Positions 51,481 through 60,847 of a stretch of DNA of 64,000 nucleotides are shown in pieces. The stretch is from contig JANLTU010000036.1 of the NCBI GenBank assembly GCA_031363085.1, positions 3,415 to 67,414 of the forward strand, written 5' to 3'. The notes under the pieces were generated by a model. That model was not told the DNA's origin and did no database searches. It saw only the letters and a list, made by a program, of their open reading frames with translations. Position numbers and translations under genes: made by a program. Every line of letters starts with the position of its first letter. Within the stretch, counting starts at the first letter, position 1. The DNA is from Gammaproteobacteria bacterium. Its GTDB lineage: Bacteria; Pseudomonadota; Gammaproteobacteria; SG8-11.

Positions 51481-51717
51481 ATGTCCAAGAATGTCACGAT
51501 TGAAGAAGCCGACGGCCATTTGGGCGACCTGATCAAACTCGCAGAACAGGGCGAGGATGTGGTGATTGTACAAAATAGCCAACCCAAGGCGCGGTTGGTG
51601 CCTGTGCGCAGTGTCACCGGTGCGCGGGTGTTTGGTCAGTACCACGGCAAGATTGCCGTGAAAACAGATTTCGACGCGCCGCTGCCGGATGATTTCTGGC
51701 TTGGACAGAACGCGTGA
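51481..51717 (+). CDS. Type II antitoxin, Phd/YefM family (VapB-like partner of PIN toxin)
   Basis: N-terminus MSKNVTIEEADGHLGDLIKLAEQGEDVVI... with the C-terminal extension typical of VapC-neutralising antitoxins. Its stop overlaps the toxin start. Confidence 0.7.
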   Translation: MSKNVTIEEADGHLGDLIKLAEQGEDVVIVQNSQPKARLVPVRSVTGARVFGQYHGKIAVKTDFDAPLPDDFWLGQNA

Positions 51718-52111
51718 AGTTGTTGCTCGACACCCACGTTTTTCTTTGGCTCATGAGCACACCGGGAAAACTTCCGGCCTCAATGTTGGCGGCTTGCCAG
51801 GATCGCGATAACACACCTTGTTGCTCAGCGCCGCCAGCGTGTGGGAAATCCAGATCAAGCATCAGCGCAATAAAATCGAGCTCGGCGTGCCGCTGGTGCA
51901 GATTGTCGCTGAACAAACGCAAGCGGGTGTTATGTCGTTGCTGCCAATTGAAGCGCGGCATGTGCTCGCCATCTACGACTTGCCACTCCATCACAACGAC
52001 CCGTTCGACCGGTTACTGCTGGCGCAGGCACGCACCGAAGGCGCAGCCTTAGTCACCGCCGATGCAGTTATTCGCCAGCACTACGGCGCACTGGTGCAAC
52101 TATTGGGTTAG
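51714..52111 (+). pseudogene. vapC: PIN-domain toxin VapC, interrupted by a frameshift near 51808-51818
   Basis: Frame 1 gives MKLLLDTHVFLWLMSTPGKLPASMLAACQDRDNT. The PIN domain then continues in another frame (LLSAASVWEIQIKH ... HNDPFDRLLLAQA ... LVTADAVI). Confidence 0.7.
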
Positions 52112-52550
52112 TGCGGGCACAAGAAACGCACGTCGCACCGGATAACAAAATCGCCGCTATAAAACGGACGGTCGAAAGAACGACTGCGGATGCCTCTTAT
52201 ATAGCCAAACGTACGGTCAATTGTCTAATTCATCATCCATTCAATACGTCACTACTGCACTGTCCGCTTCGTCACGGAACCAGACATTCCAGAACCCCAT
52301 TCTCGACTTTTTAGAACGACGCTATGGCCGTCACCGGCCGGTCAACAATCGTTTTTACTGTCACGATTGATTTGCGCACGTCGTAATCAGAATTTTCAGA
52401 ATTTATCGTCGCCTGTTTTTCAAGGGCAACGGACGTAGCCTGCTATAAGACTGGGTGGCGCCCGACATCAACATCACTAGCCCCAGTTTTTAATGCGCAG
52501 CTCAGCAAACTGCCGACGATCTGTTCGTCGGCAGGTTTTTTCCTTGCTGG

Positions 52551-53318
52551 TTATTTGCCGTGCAGTTGTTCTAGTGTCGCCAATATCTCTGCAGGCTCCA
52601 TGCGCTTTTTGTAATCGGTATCGGCGAATGCCAAGCGTATGACGCCTGCTTTATCGATGACCAGTGTTCCCGGTATGGGCAGGCCCAAGCGGCCTTTTCC
52701 ATTAAAAGACGCGATATCCAGGCCAAAGGCATGTTTGTACGAGGCGTCCAGTTCCGGTGAAACTTCCCAGAGCAGTTTGTACGATTTAATGACTGAATAG
52801 TCCAAATCGCTTAGCACCTCGAAAGGGTAGCCATCTTTTTTAAATTGGGCCTGGGTTTTATCAGGTGTCTGTGGAGTGATCGCAACAATAGATGCTCCGT
52901 ACTTTTTGAATTGCGGCAGTGACTCCGCGAGTTGGTGCATTTGCAGGTTGCAATAGGGGCACCAGGCGCCACGATAGAACGTCAAAACAATGGGGCCTTT
53001 CTTTAGCAAGGCACTGAGCTTGACTGTTTTGCCATTGGGATTTTTCAGTGAAAAATCTGGTGCTTTTTCACCGATTTTTAGACCGGCATCCGGCATTTGT
53101 TTTGCCAGCTCTTCCGATGCTTTCGTGAAAACCGCCATGTCGTGTTCGTCAACTTTGATGGCGTCTTTACCCGTATAGAGTTGCTTGTCCACCTCTTTTA
53201 CGCCTTCGGCGTAATTCGGCAGAGCCGGGTTCACTTCAGACGCTTGCGCCGTTGACAGCCCCGGAATACTTATTGTGTAAACGATGCCCAGCATCGCGAT
53301 GGCATTAAACAGTTTCAT
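52551..53318 (-). CDS. Secreted thioredoxin-fold peroxiredoxin/AhpC-TSA family protein
   Basis: A signal peptide and a WCPYC-type active site (FYRGAWCPYCN) in a redoxin fold. Local GC is lower than the window average. Confidence 0.75.
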   Translation of the reverse strand: MKLFNAIAMLGIVYTISIPGLSTAQASEVNPALPNYAEGVKEVDKQLYTGKDAIKVDEHDMAVFTKASEELAKQMPDAGLKIGEKAPDFSLKNPNGKTVKLSALLKKGPIVLTFYRGAWCPYCNLQMHQLAESLPQFKKYGASIVAITPQTPDKTQAQFKKDGYPFEVLSDLDYSVIKSYKLLWEVSPELDASYKHAFGLDIASFNGKGRLGLPIPGTLVIDKAGVIRLAFADTDYKKRMEPAEILATLEQLHGK

Positions 53319-53606
53319 GCAAAACTCCTATTGTAGTGAACTTGTTAGACACGCTGGGTTAGTCGCAAGTGACTATGAGACCTTACGGCGAATATTAAAA
53401 ATCCCAATGTTCTGGAAACTCACCCAGACAAAAAATGCGTGGCGCAGATTCATGCGGTCATGCAGTTATGAAGGTGGCCGGGATTGTTCCAAAATTAAAT
53501 CGGCTCAAAAATTTGTGACGGGTAAACGGCGCACGCCACTTCATTTCGGGCTGCCAGCCACATCAGATGTCCCCTGCAATGTAATATTTATGTCATGATA
53601 TGACTC

Positions 53607-54344
53607 CTACATGAGCGAAAACTGGCGTTCCACTGCCTTGTGGTCCGTCTTCCACGCGGCATAAAGTTGCGTCGACATCGGGTCTGGGAAAATATCTTCG
53701 CTGCCAGACTCAACCCCCGCGACAATCGCAGATGCAATGTCGGCGGGTTTGGTTTTAGGCATGTCTACGCCAGCGAGCATGTCGGTGTCCACCGCGCCGG
53801 GAAACACACCGAAGACCCGGATGTTCTTGCTGGCGAGGGTTGCGCGCAGCGACTGCGTCATCGACCACGCTGCGGCTTTTGACGCGTTATAGGTGGACAG
53901 GCCCGGCATGCTGGCGAGCGCGACTAACGTCAGCATATTGATGATCGCGCCGCCGCCATTGGCCTCAATGACCGGCGCGAAGGCGCGCGCCATATTGAGC
54001 TTGCCGTAGAAATTGGTGGCGAATTGCCGTGCAACCTTGTCGGTCGCGACATCGACGAAGCTGCCGAATTCCAGAATGCCGGCATTGTTGATCAACACAG
54101 TTACATCGGGGGCTGCTGCTGTGGCCGCGTGGATGTGTTCCGCGTTGGTGACATCAAGATGCATGGGCTGCACGCGTGCGCGATCCAGCGCCACGACCGC
54201 TTCCAGCGTTTTCACGTCGCGTGCCCCGGCGTAGATTTTTTTTGCACCGGAATTCAATAACGCCTTGACGAGCGCGAGGCCAATGCCTCGGTTGGCGCCG
54301 GTAACCAGGGCGGTTGCGTTTCTGATCTGCATGGCATTCTCCAA
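53607..54344 (-). CDS. SDR-family oxidoreductase
   Basis: TGANRGIG Rossmann motif and catalytic YNASKAA. Divergent from the LysR gene. Confidence 0.8.
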   Translation of the reverse strand: MENAMQIRNATALVTGANRGIGLALVKALLNSGAKKIYAGARDVKTLEAVVALDRARVQPMHLDVTNAEHIHAATAAAPDVTVLINNAGILEFGSFVDVATDKVARQFATNFYGKLNMARAFAPVIEANGGGAIINMLTLVALASMPGLSTYNASKAAAWSMTQSLRATLASKNIRVFGVFPGAVDTDMLAGVDMPKTKPADIASAIVAGVESGSEDIFPDPMSTQLYAAWKTDHKAVERQFSLM

Positions 54345-54525
54345 AAGTGAGTTTCATCGAATATTCTCGTCAGCACTTGCCGTTGCCGGCGTGCTGCCGA
54401 TGAGTGACTCTAGGCTCGAGGGTGCGCGCATTACAGAGCATTATCTTCATTGCTATGATGCAGATCGCGCACGAGTCGCGTGCCCAGCTCATTTGTATCT
54501 TCACTCGTCGGAGATTGGCCATCGT

Positions 54526-55413
54526 ATGGATACCAATGCGCTCGAACTTTTTTCGCTGGTCGTCAAGCACGGCAGTTTCGCTGCTGCGGCCCGGGACCGG
54601 AACCTGGATCCCTCGTCGGTTTCACGCATCATCGCCGGGCTTGAAACGGAGCTGGGCGTGCGGCTGTTTCAGCGCAACACCCGTCAATTGGCGCTGACCG
54701 AGGCGGGCAATGTTTACTTCCAGCGCATCGAGCCGCTGATCGAGGAAATACAGCATGCGCAGCACGCCGCTGTCGATGTTTCCAGCCGGGTTACCGGAAC
54801 GTTGCGCGTGACTGCTTCTAACTCGTTCGGGCTGAAGTTCGTCGTGCCGCGCCTTCCGGCGTTCGCACAACACTATCCGGAATTGGTCGTGGATCTGATG
54901 CTGACCGACGCGGTCGTAGACCTCTTGAGCGAGCGTATGGACATCGCGATTCGTCTCGGCACGCTTGCGGATTCGAATATGGTTTCTCAAGTGCTCACGT
55001 ACACGCGCTATCGGGTGGTCGCGAGTCCAGCATATTTACAAAGACATGGCACACCGAAGCAGCCGGTTCAGGTGAGTGAGCACAATGGCCTGCTGTTTCC
55101 GCTGGCAGGATTTCGCTCGCGTTGGATTTTCCGCGACAAGAAAGGTGTGCAGAGCGAGGTTCCGATCAAGGGCAAGTTATTGGTGTCCAACGCCATCGGA
55201 TTGCAGCAGTGCGCGCTGGCCGGAATGGGGCTTGCGCTGTTGCCGGGCTGGCTGGTTCAAGACGATATCGAGTCAGGCAAGCTTGTCGACCTGTTCCCGA
55301 CATGGGAAGTCACTGCGACGGACTTCGAGACGGCGGCGTGGTTCGTTTATCCGTCGCGCGCCTATGTCCCCTTGAAGGTGCGCGTGTTCATCGACTTTAT
55401 GCGCGCAGTTTGA
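54526..55413 (+). CDS. LysR-family transcriptional regulator
   Basis: N-terminal HTH (LELFSLVVKHGSFAAAARDRNLDPSSVSRIIAGLE) and a LysR substrate-binding domain. Start placed at the ATG at 54526 (295 aa). Confidence 0.85.
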   Translation: MDTNALELFSLVVKHGSFAAAARDRNLDPSSVSRIIAGLETELGVRLFQRNTRQLALTEAGNVYFQRIEPLIEEIQHAQHAAVDVSSRVTGTLRVTASNSFGLKFVVPRLPAFAQHYPELVVDLMLTDAVVDLLSERMDIAIRLGTLADSNMVSQVLTYTRYRVVASPAYLQRHGTPKQPVQVSEHNGLLFPLAGFRSRWIFRDKKGVQSEVPIKGKLLVSNAIGLQQCALAGMGLALLPGWLVQDDIESGKLVDLFPTWEVTATDFETAAWFVYPSRAYVPLKVRVFIDFMRAV

Positions 55414-55448
55414 AGCTGGGCAGACCGTTCCGGGTCGCAGGCTTATTG

Positions 55449-58337
55449 TTAATACGCGGCGCCGATGCCGAGATACACCTGATTTTCGCCGCCGGCGTCG
55501 ATGCCGTGCGCGTAGCCCAGACGTAAATCCAGCATGATCCAGTAACCCAGCACGGTGTCGACGTGCAGTTCCACGCCGGCGCCCCGGCGCAGTGTTTCCT
55601 TGCTTGCGCCGGTGAACCAGGCTTCGCCGGCATTGACGAAGATGCTGGCGTGTACTTGATGCACGCCCACCGGCGGCGACATGATGCCGTATTCAACGCG
55701 CTGAATCGGCAGGCGCCATTCGGCGGCGACCAGTTCGACGCGATTGCCGCGCAAATCAATCAGACCCTCGGGGTAGCCGCGCAACGAAAAGCGTCGTTGA
55801 TTGAACAAGGATTCAGTCGGCAAGGCCAACGGCGGCGCCGCCGCCTCGCTGGCGGCACCGCCCAGGCGAAACGGCCGCGCAAAGTCGCTGCCGCGTCCGG
55901 CCAGCGCACGTAACGCGAGCACGTGCTGGTCGCCCAGGGGCAGATATTCGCGCCAGTCGAGCAAGGCCACGTTACCGGCATAATCGCTGCGCAAGACATC
56001 GCTGTTCTCGATGGTTAGTTGCACCCGGCGGCCGTCGCCGGCGCTGACGGAAATCGGATAGTGCTTAGCGCTGTTAAATGTCACGCCCAGGCCCACTAGG
56101 GCATCGGTCTGGGTGGAGGCGGTATAGCGCGGGTTGATTATCAGCGCATCGTGTTCTCGGGTGTAAACCAGAGCGGTATGCAAACCCCATTGCGAGTCGG
56201 CGGACAGCAGCGGTGTTACGGTTTCAGCAGCCAACGCGTCCGAGAAACGGATGCGAGCCACGACCTCTTGACTGTCGAGATAGTCCAGCGGCACGCGCGA
56301 GGCGTGTAATTTGAGCGTGGGATTCCAACGGTCGTAGATATAGGCGAGGTCGCCCAGTAACCATTTATTTTTAACATCAAGCCCGGCACGCAAGGAGTAG
56401 TCGTGACGCGCCAATGCGTCTCCACCGCCGGTAAAAAAGCCCAGTTCGGTGTGTTGTTTGGTGACGCTCCAATAGGGAAACCACCATTTGGGCTTGACCG
56501 ATTCCCAGGGCGAATAATCACTGGCTGGGTAAGCAGCGCCGGCTGCCGGAGCGGCGACCGGTGCGGCATTAGGCTGGCCGGGTGCGAGCGTGCGGCCAGT
56601 GCCGGTAGCCATGTCGACGTCAATCTTGAAAATGTCATAACCCTGCGCCGTGACGCCGGAGTAATACAGTATGGATTGATCGGCGCTCAGGCTGGGGTGG
56701 AAGGCGCCGCCGCGCACCTGGGTGAGCGCCGTCACGTGGCGTGTGGCTAAATCCAGGCGCTGAATGTTGTACACGCCGTCGTAGTCGGCGCTGTACACCA
56801 CGCTGTTACCGTTCGGTGTAAAGCTCGCGTGCGCTTCAATGGCGTCGTCGTCAGTGAGCTTGCTCCAGGTGCGGGTTGCGATATCAAACAGTTGCAGGTT
56901 CCACTGTCCGGCGCTCCACATGGCCGCGACGATGCGCGTTCCGTCCGGTGAAAAGTGCGCTTCACCGATGACTTGTTTTTCAGTGCCTTGCCAGAGTACA
57001 TCCACGCGCGTGCCGCTGCTGTCCAGCAGGTGCAGGGCGCTGTTGCCTAATTGGTTGTGCACGGCAAGAATCTTGTCGCCGGCCGGGTTCCAGGTTGCAT
57101 AGCGATAGCGCTGCGCAACGGTGAGGCGCTGCATCGAGTAAGTGTCAAGATCGATGCGGTAGAGGTCGGAGTATTCATTGGTGTTGCGTACCACGTCGAG
57201 TTGCGTGAGCAAAATTCCGGCGCGCGGATGGATGTCGAAGCGCGTGGAATGAATGCGCGCGACACTGCGCGGCGCGTCGCTGCCGGATGCCAAGCGCATT
57301 AGTTGGGTATGACTTGCAAGGTCGCTGCGTACGTAATAAACATCGCCGTTCGGCAGCACGACCGGGTGCTGGGTGTAGTGGCCGTCATGGGTTATTTGCG
57401 CGCCTTCATGTACGCCGGCCGCTGCGATGGCTGCGATTTGCGGCTGAAAGCGTTCTTGCAAGTAAGCGCTGAATTCAGGCCAGAGCTGATCCAGGTCGCG
57501 GCCGAAGATGCGGCGGCTGGTTCCGTTCAAGCGGAACGGTATGAGGTTGCTGCTATATTCACCGATCCATTCGCGCAGCCGTTCGCGGCCGTATTTGGCT
57601 TGAATGAACTCCATGAAATAAACGCCATACAAATAACGCGTAGTGCCGTCGGGCCAGGTCACGACAGGCTGGTTAACCTGGCGCAGCGGTTTGATGCCAT
57701 TGGCCACTTCCAGGCGCATCAACATCTGGTAGGCCGAGCTTTGCCCACGGCCGATGCCGCGCGCAACATCGGTTTCCAAAAACGTGGCCAGCCCTTCAAT
57801 CGGCCAACTGGGTTGCAATAGGTTGGGAAACAGCCACGGAAAAATGCGCCCGAAGATTTCGCGCAGTCCGGCGGCGGCTCCAGCGGCTTTGTCCAGGTGC
57901 AGTGCGTGCGTGTATTCGTGGGTGATCAGATAATCGAGCCAATTATCGTAGTCTTCCAAGGTGTCGATGTCGTCGGGCGGCGTGACAATGATCACCATTT
58001 CGTTGTTCGGTGTCGGCGTCGTGGAGCCATTGCTGAGGTCGGCGCGATCAGTCAATACCAGCTCCGTCGGTTGCGCCGGTGTCCAGGCAAAGAACGGCTG
58101 CAAGTGTTCGTGTACGCGTTCGGCAATGACCGCGACCTGTTGGGCGAGGGCGTCTTCGTCGTCGTGAAAATGAATGTTGAAGTGCGCGGTGTGCAGGGTC
58201 TGCCAGTGCAGCGCCGGGTCGTACGAAAAGGCGGCGTACGCGGTATTAAACAGCATGCAGCAGAGGCTCGTCAGCAGAAAAATAGTCGCTCTCGCGCAGC
58301 CCTGCGTCCGTGATACCGGTACATTGAAGGCGCGCAT
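55449..58337 (-). CDS. Large outer-membrane-type protein (962 aa): signal peptide, HExxH-containing N-domain, PD40/TolB-like beta-propeller repeats, C-terminal Omp85-like beta-barrel
   Basis: HEYTH motif (YLITHEYTHALHLD); PD40-like blades (FSPDGTRIVAA, FTPNGNSVVYSADYDG); a C-terminal barrel ending in aromatic LGIGAAY. Confidence 0.55.
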   Translation of the reverse strand: MRAFNVPVSRTQGCARATIFLLTSLCCMLFNTAYAAFSYDPALHWQTLHTAHFNIHFHDDEDALAQQVAVIAERVHEHLQPFFAWTPAQPTELVLTDRADLSNGSTTPTPNNEMVIIVTPPDDIDTLEDYDNWLDYLITHEYTHALHLDKAAGAAAGLREIFGRIFPWLFPNLLQPSWPIEGLATFLETDVARGIGRGQSSAYQMLMRLEVANGIKPLRQVNQPVVTWPDGTTRYLYGVYFMEFIQAKYGRERLREWIGEYSSNLIPFRLNGTSRRIFGRDLDQLWPEFSAYLQERFQPQIAAIAAAGVHEGAQITHDGHYTQHPVVLPNGDVYYVRSDLASHTQLMRLASGSDAPRSVARIHSTRFDIHPRAGILLTQLDVVRNTNEYSDLYRIDLDTYSMQRLTVAQRYRYATWNPAGDKILAVHNQLGNSALHLLDSSGTRVDVLWQGTEKQVIGEAHFSPDGTRIVAAMWSAGQWNLQLFDIATRTWSKLTDDDAIEAHASFTPNGNSVVYSADYDGVYNIQRLDLATRHVTALTQVRGGAFHPSLSADQSILYYSGVTAQGYDIFKIDVDMATGTGRTLAPGQPNAAPVAAPAAGAAYPASDYSPWESVKPKWWFPYWSVTKQHTELGFFTGGGDALARHDYSLRAGLDVKNKWLLGDLAYIYDRWNPTLKLHASRVPLDYLDSQEVVARIRFSDALAAETVTPLLSADSQWGLHTALVYTREHDALIINPRYTASTQTDALVGLGVTFNSAKHYPISVSAGDGRRVQLTIENSDVLRSDYAGNVALLDWREYLPLGDQHVLALRALAGRGSDFARPFRLGGAASEAAAPPLALPTESLFNQRRFSLRGYPEGLIDLRGNRVELVAAEWRLPIQRVEYGIMSPPVGVHQVHASIFVNAGEAWFTGASKETLRRGAGVELHVDTVLGYWIMLDLRLGYAHGIDAGGENQVYLGIGAAY

Positions 58338-58340
58338 TGG

Positions 58341-59663
58341 TTAAAGGTTCTTTAAGTAAACGTGTGAGCGGCGCTGGTAGTTGTAGAGCGCCTGTTTTTT
58401 GATCGGCAGGGCGGTGATGTCGGCGCGCTCAAAACCGCGTTCGATAAACCAATGCGCGGTCTGGGTGGTGAGTACGAATAGCCGTTTGACGCCAATTTTT
58501 TTTGCGCGCCGTTCCAGGTAAGAAAGCAAGGCGTCGCCCCGGCCGCTGTCGCGATAGTCGGGATGCACCGCCAAACCCGCCAGCTCGCCGACGCTTTCGC
58601 CGGGATACGGATACAGCGCGGCGCAGCCGATGATCATGCCGTCGCGTTCCACCACGCTGAATTGATCGATTTCGGTTTCCAGCAATTCACGCGAGCGCCG
58701 CACCAAAATGCCCTCGGCTTCCAGCGGCGCGATTAATTCCAGAATGCCGCCGACGTCGTCGATGCTGGCCTGGCGCATGCCTTCAAAGACGTCGGCGTTC
58801 ACCAAGCTGCCGATGCCGTCACGCGTGAACAGTTCCAGCAGCAAGCCGCCATCGACGCGCCGGTTGAGCACGTGCACCCGGCGGGTGCCGTTGTTGCACA
58901 CGCGCACGGCGCTTTTCAGCAGCGCGATGTCGTCGTCCAGCACCGAAGTGTTGGCTGCCAGCGCCTGTTCTGCGTCGTGCACCGACAGTTCACGCAACAC
59001 CCGCTTGCGCCGGTCGCGTAATCCAGGGGCCTCAGCGAGACAAATAAGTTTCTCGGCTTTCAGCGCGATGGCGGCCGAAGTGGCAACGTCCAGCATGCCA
59101 AGGTTGAACACTTCGCCGGTCGGTGAATAACCCAAAGGCGACAGCAGCACGATGGTGCCGTCCTGCAGGTGACGTTGCAGGGCTTCGGCGTCGATACGGC
59201 GCACTTCGCCGGTGTGCCCGTAATCGACGCCGTCGCGAACCCCCAACGGCCGCGCCGCGACAAAGTTGCCGGATGCCACACGGATGCGCGCGCCGGCCAT
59301 CGGCGAGTTTGCCAGGCCCATCGACAGCAGCGCCTCGATCTCGACTTTTACGCTGCCGACCGCTTCTTTAACGCAGGTCAGCGCCACTGCGTCGGTGACG
59401 CGCAGGCCGTTAACATAATGCAACTCCGCGCCCCGTTCGCGCAGACGTTGCTCGATCTGCGGGCGCGCGCCGTGCACCAGCACCAAGCGAATCCCCAGGC
59501 TGTTGAGCAAGGCGAGATCATGAATCAGGTGCGGGAAGTGCGCGTCGGCGACCGCATCGCCGTCGAACGCGATGACGAAAGTTTTGCCGCGAAACGCATT
59601 GATATACGGCGCGGAATTGCGAAACCACTGCACGAACGGACTATTATTTTTTTCGTTGCCCAC
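58341..59663 (-). CDS. argA: Amino-acid N-acetyltransferase (N-acetylglutamate synthase) ArgA
   Basis: Colinear with ArgA: N-terminus FRNSAPYINAFRGKTFVI, an amino-acid kinase fold and a C-terminal GNAT domain. GTG start. Confidence 0.9.
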   Translation of the reverse strand: MGNEKNNSPFVQWFRNSAPYINAFRGKTFVIAFDGDAVADAHFPHLIHDLALLNSLGIRLVLVHGARPQIEQRLRERGAELHYVNGLRVTDAVALTCVKEAVGSVKVEIEALLSMGLANSPMAGARIRVASGNFVAARPLGVRDGVDYGHTGEVRRIDAEALQRHLQDGTIVLLSPLGYSPTGEVFNLGMLDVATSAAIALKAEKLICLAEAPGLRDRRKRVLRELSVHDAEQALAANTSVLDDDIALLKSAVRVCNNGTRRVHVLNRRVDGGLLLELFTRDGIGSLVNADVFEGMRQASIDDVGGILELIAPLEAEGILVRRSRELLETEIDQFSVVERDGMIIGCAALYPYPGESVGELAGLAVHPDYRDSGRGDALLSYLERRAKKIGVKRLFVLTTQTAHWFIERGFERADITALPIKKQALYNYQRRSHVYLKNL

Positions 59664-59924
59664 GGGTGGACTCGTTGCGTTGGATGAAAAATATCGCCGC
59701 CAAAATACAACGGAATCCGCATTCTACATGATGCGGTCTTGCGCGCAGAAAAATCGGCCGGGACACACGTGAGCACTGCGTGTGTTACTCAATAAAAGAT
59801 GACATAAGCCGATAAAACCGACATGGGTGGCGTTTGAATTTTGGCGTCGACTAAAAAGTTCTTCCGATGCTTCTTGAGGTGGTCCTTGATCGCTGCATTT
59901 AATTTCAAGTTTATAAGGCGAAGC

Positions 59925-60770
59925 ATGCCCTATATTTTCTTGCTTCTGTTTGCACTCACCGGCGGATCGGCGACCGCAGCCGCAGTAGCGCCCGCGAGCG
60001 AACAGCCGTCCACTTTTTTGCGTTTCGCGATTGTTCCGCAGCAGTCCCCGCGCGAACTGGCAAAACGCTGGGGACCGATTATTCAATACATCACCGAGCA
60101 TTCGGGCGTGTCTTTACAATTTCAGACCGCCAATAGCCTGACCACCTATCAGCATGAAATGAAAGTCGGGCTGTACGATATTTCTTTCATTAACGCGTAT
60201 TACTATGCCGCGTTCAGCAACGACGCCGGCTACAAAGTTTTTGCCCAAGAGAAAGATGCCAAATTCGTGGGTGTCATGGTGGTGCGCAAAGACAGTCCCT
60301 ACCAAACGCTTGACGACCTGGAAGGCAAGACCTTGGCATTTCCAGCGCCCACAGCGGTCACGTCGATGCTGGCGTATACCCAGCTCAAAGCAAAAAACAT
60401 TCATTTTTCGCCCAACTATGTCATCTCAATGGACTCGGTATACCGTGCCGTCGCCAAGGGGTTATTTCCGGCAGGCCAAGGAGAGATGCGCACTTTCGGC
60501 AGTATGGAACCGGAAATTCGCGATCAGTTACGTATTCTGTGGTCGGCGGATCCGATGCCGCCGTTTACCTTCAGTGCGCATCCGCGCGTGCCACAGGCGC
60601 TTCTCCAAAAGGTGGCGAAAGCTATGTTTGAGATGGCCGATAATCCCGAAGGAATCGAGTTGCTCAAGGCGGTCAATATGAAGGGCATTGCCGCAGCGCA
60701 AGACGGTGAGTATGAGTCGCTGCGTAAACTCAAGCTTTTGACCATGGAGCCACCACCCAAGCTTGACTAA
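59925..60770 (+). CDS. PhnD/SsuA-like periplasmic substrate-binding protein (phosphonate/phosphite-type PBP), orphan
   Basis: A signal peptide and a type-2 PBP fold (LRFAIVPQQSPREL ... LAFPAPTAVTSMLAY). No cognate ABC permease or ATPase is adjacent. Confidence 0.7.
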   Translation: MPYIFLLLFALTGGSATAAAVAPASEQPSTFLRFAIVPQQSPRELAKRWGPIIQYITEHSGVSLQFQTANSLTTYQHEMKVGLYDISFINAYYYAAFSNDAGYKVFAQEKDAKFVGVMVVRKDSPYQTLDDLEGKTLAFPAPTAVTSMLAYTQLKAKNIHFSPNYVISMDSVYRAVAKGLFPAGQGEMRTFGSMEPEIRDQLRILWSADPMPPFTFSAHPRVPQALLQKVAKAMFEMADNPEGIELLKAVNMKGIAAAQDGEYESLRKLKLLTMEPPPKLD

Positions 60771-60847
60771 CTCTTCCGCGAAGCGAGTGTGCGGCACGAC
60801 CCGTCAGAAGTAGCCGGTTACTACCCCAATGAGTATGCGAACTGTTT

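Noticed and set aside
52111-52314. 67-aa ORF in the AT-rich spacer after vapC
   Set aside because: It lies in a low-GC non-coding-looking spacer with no RBS or motif, and is likely spurious.
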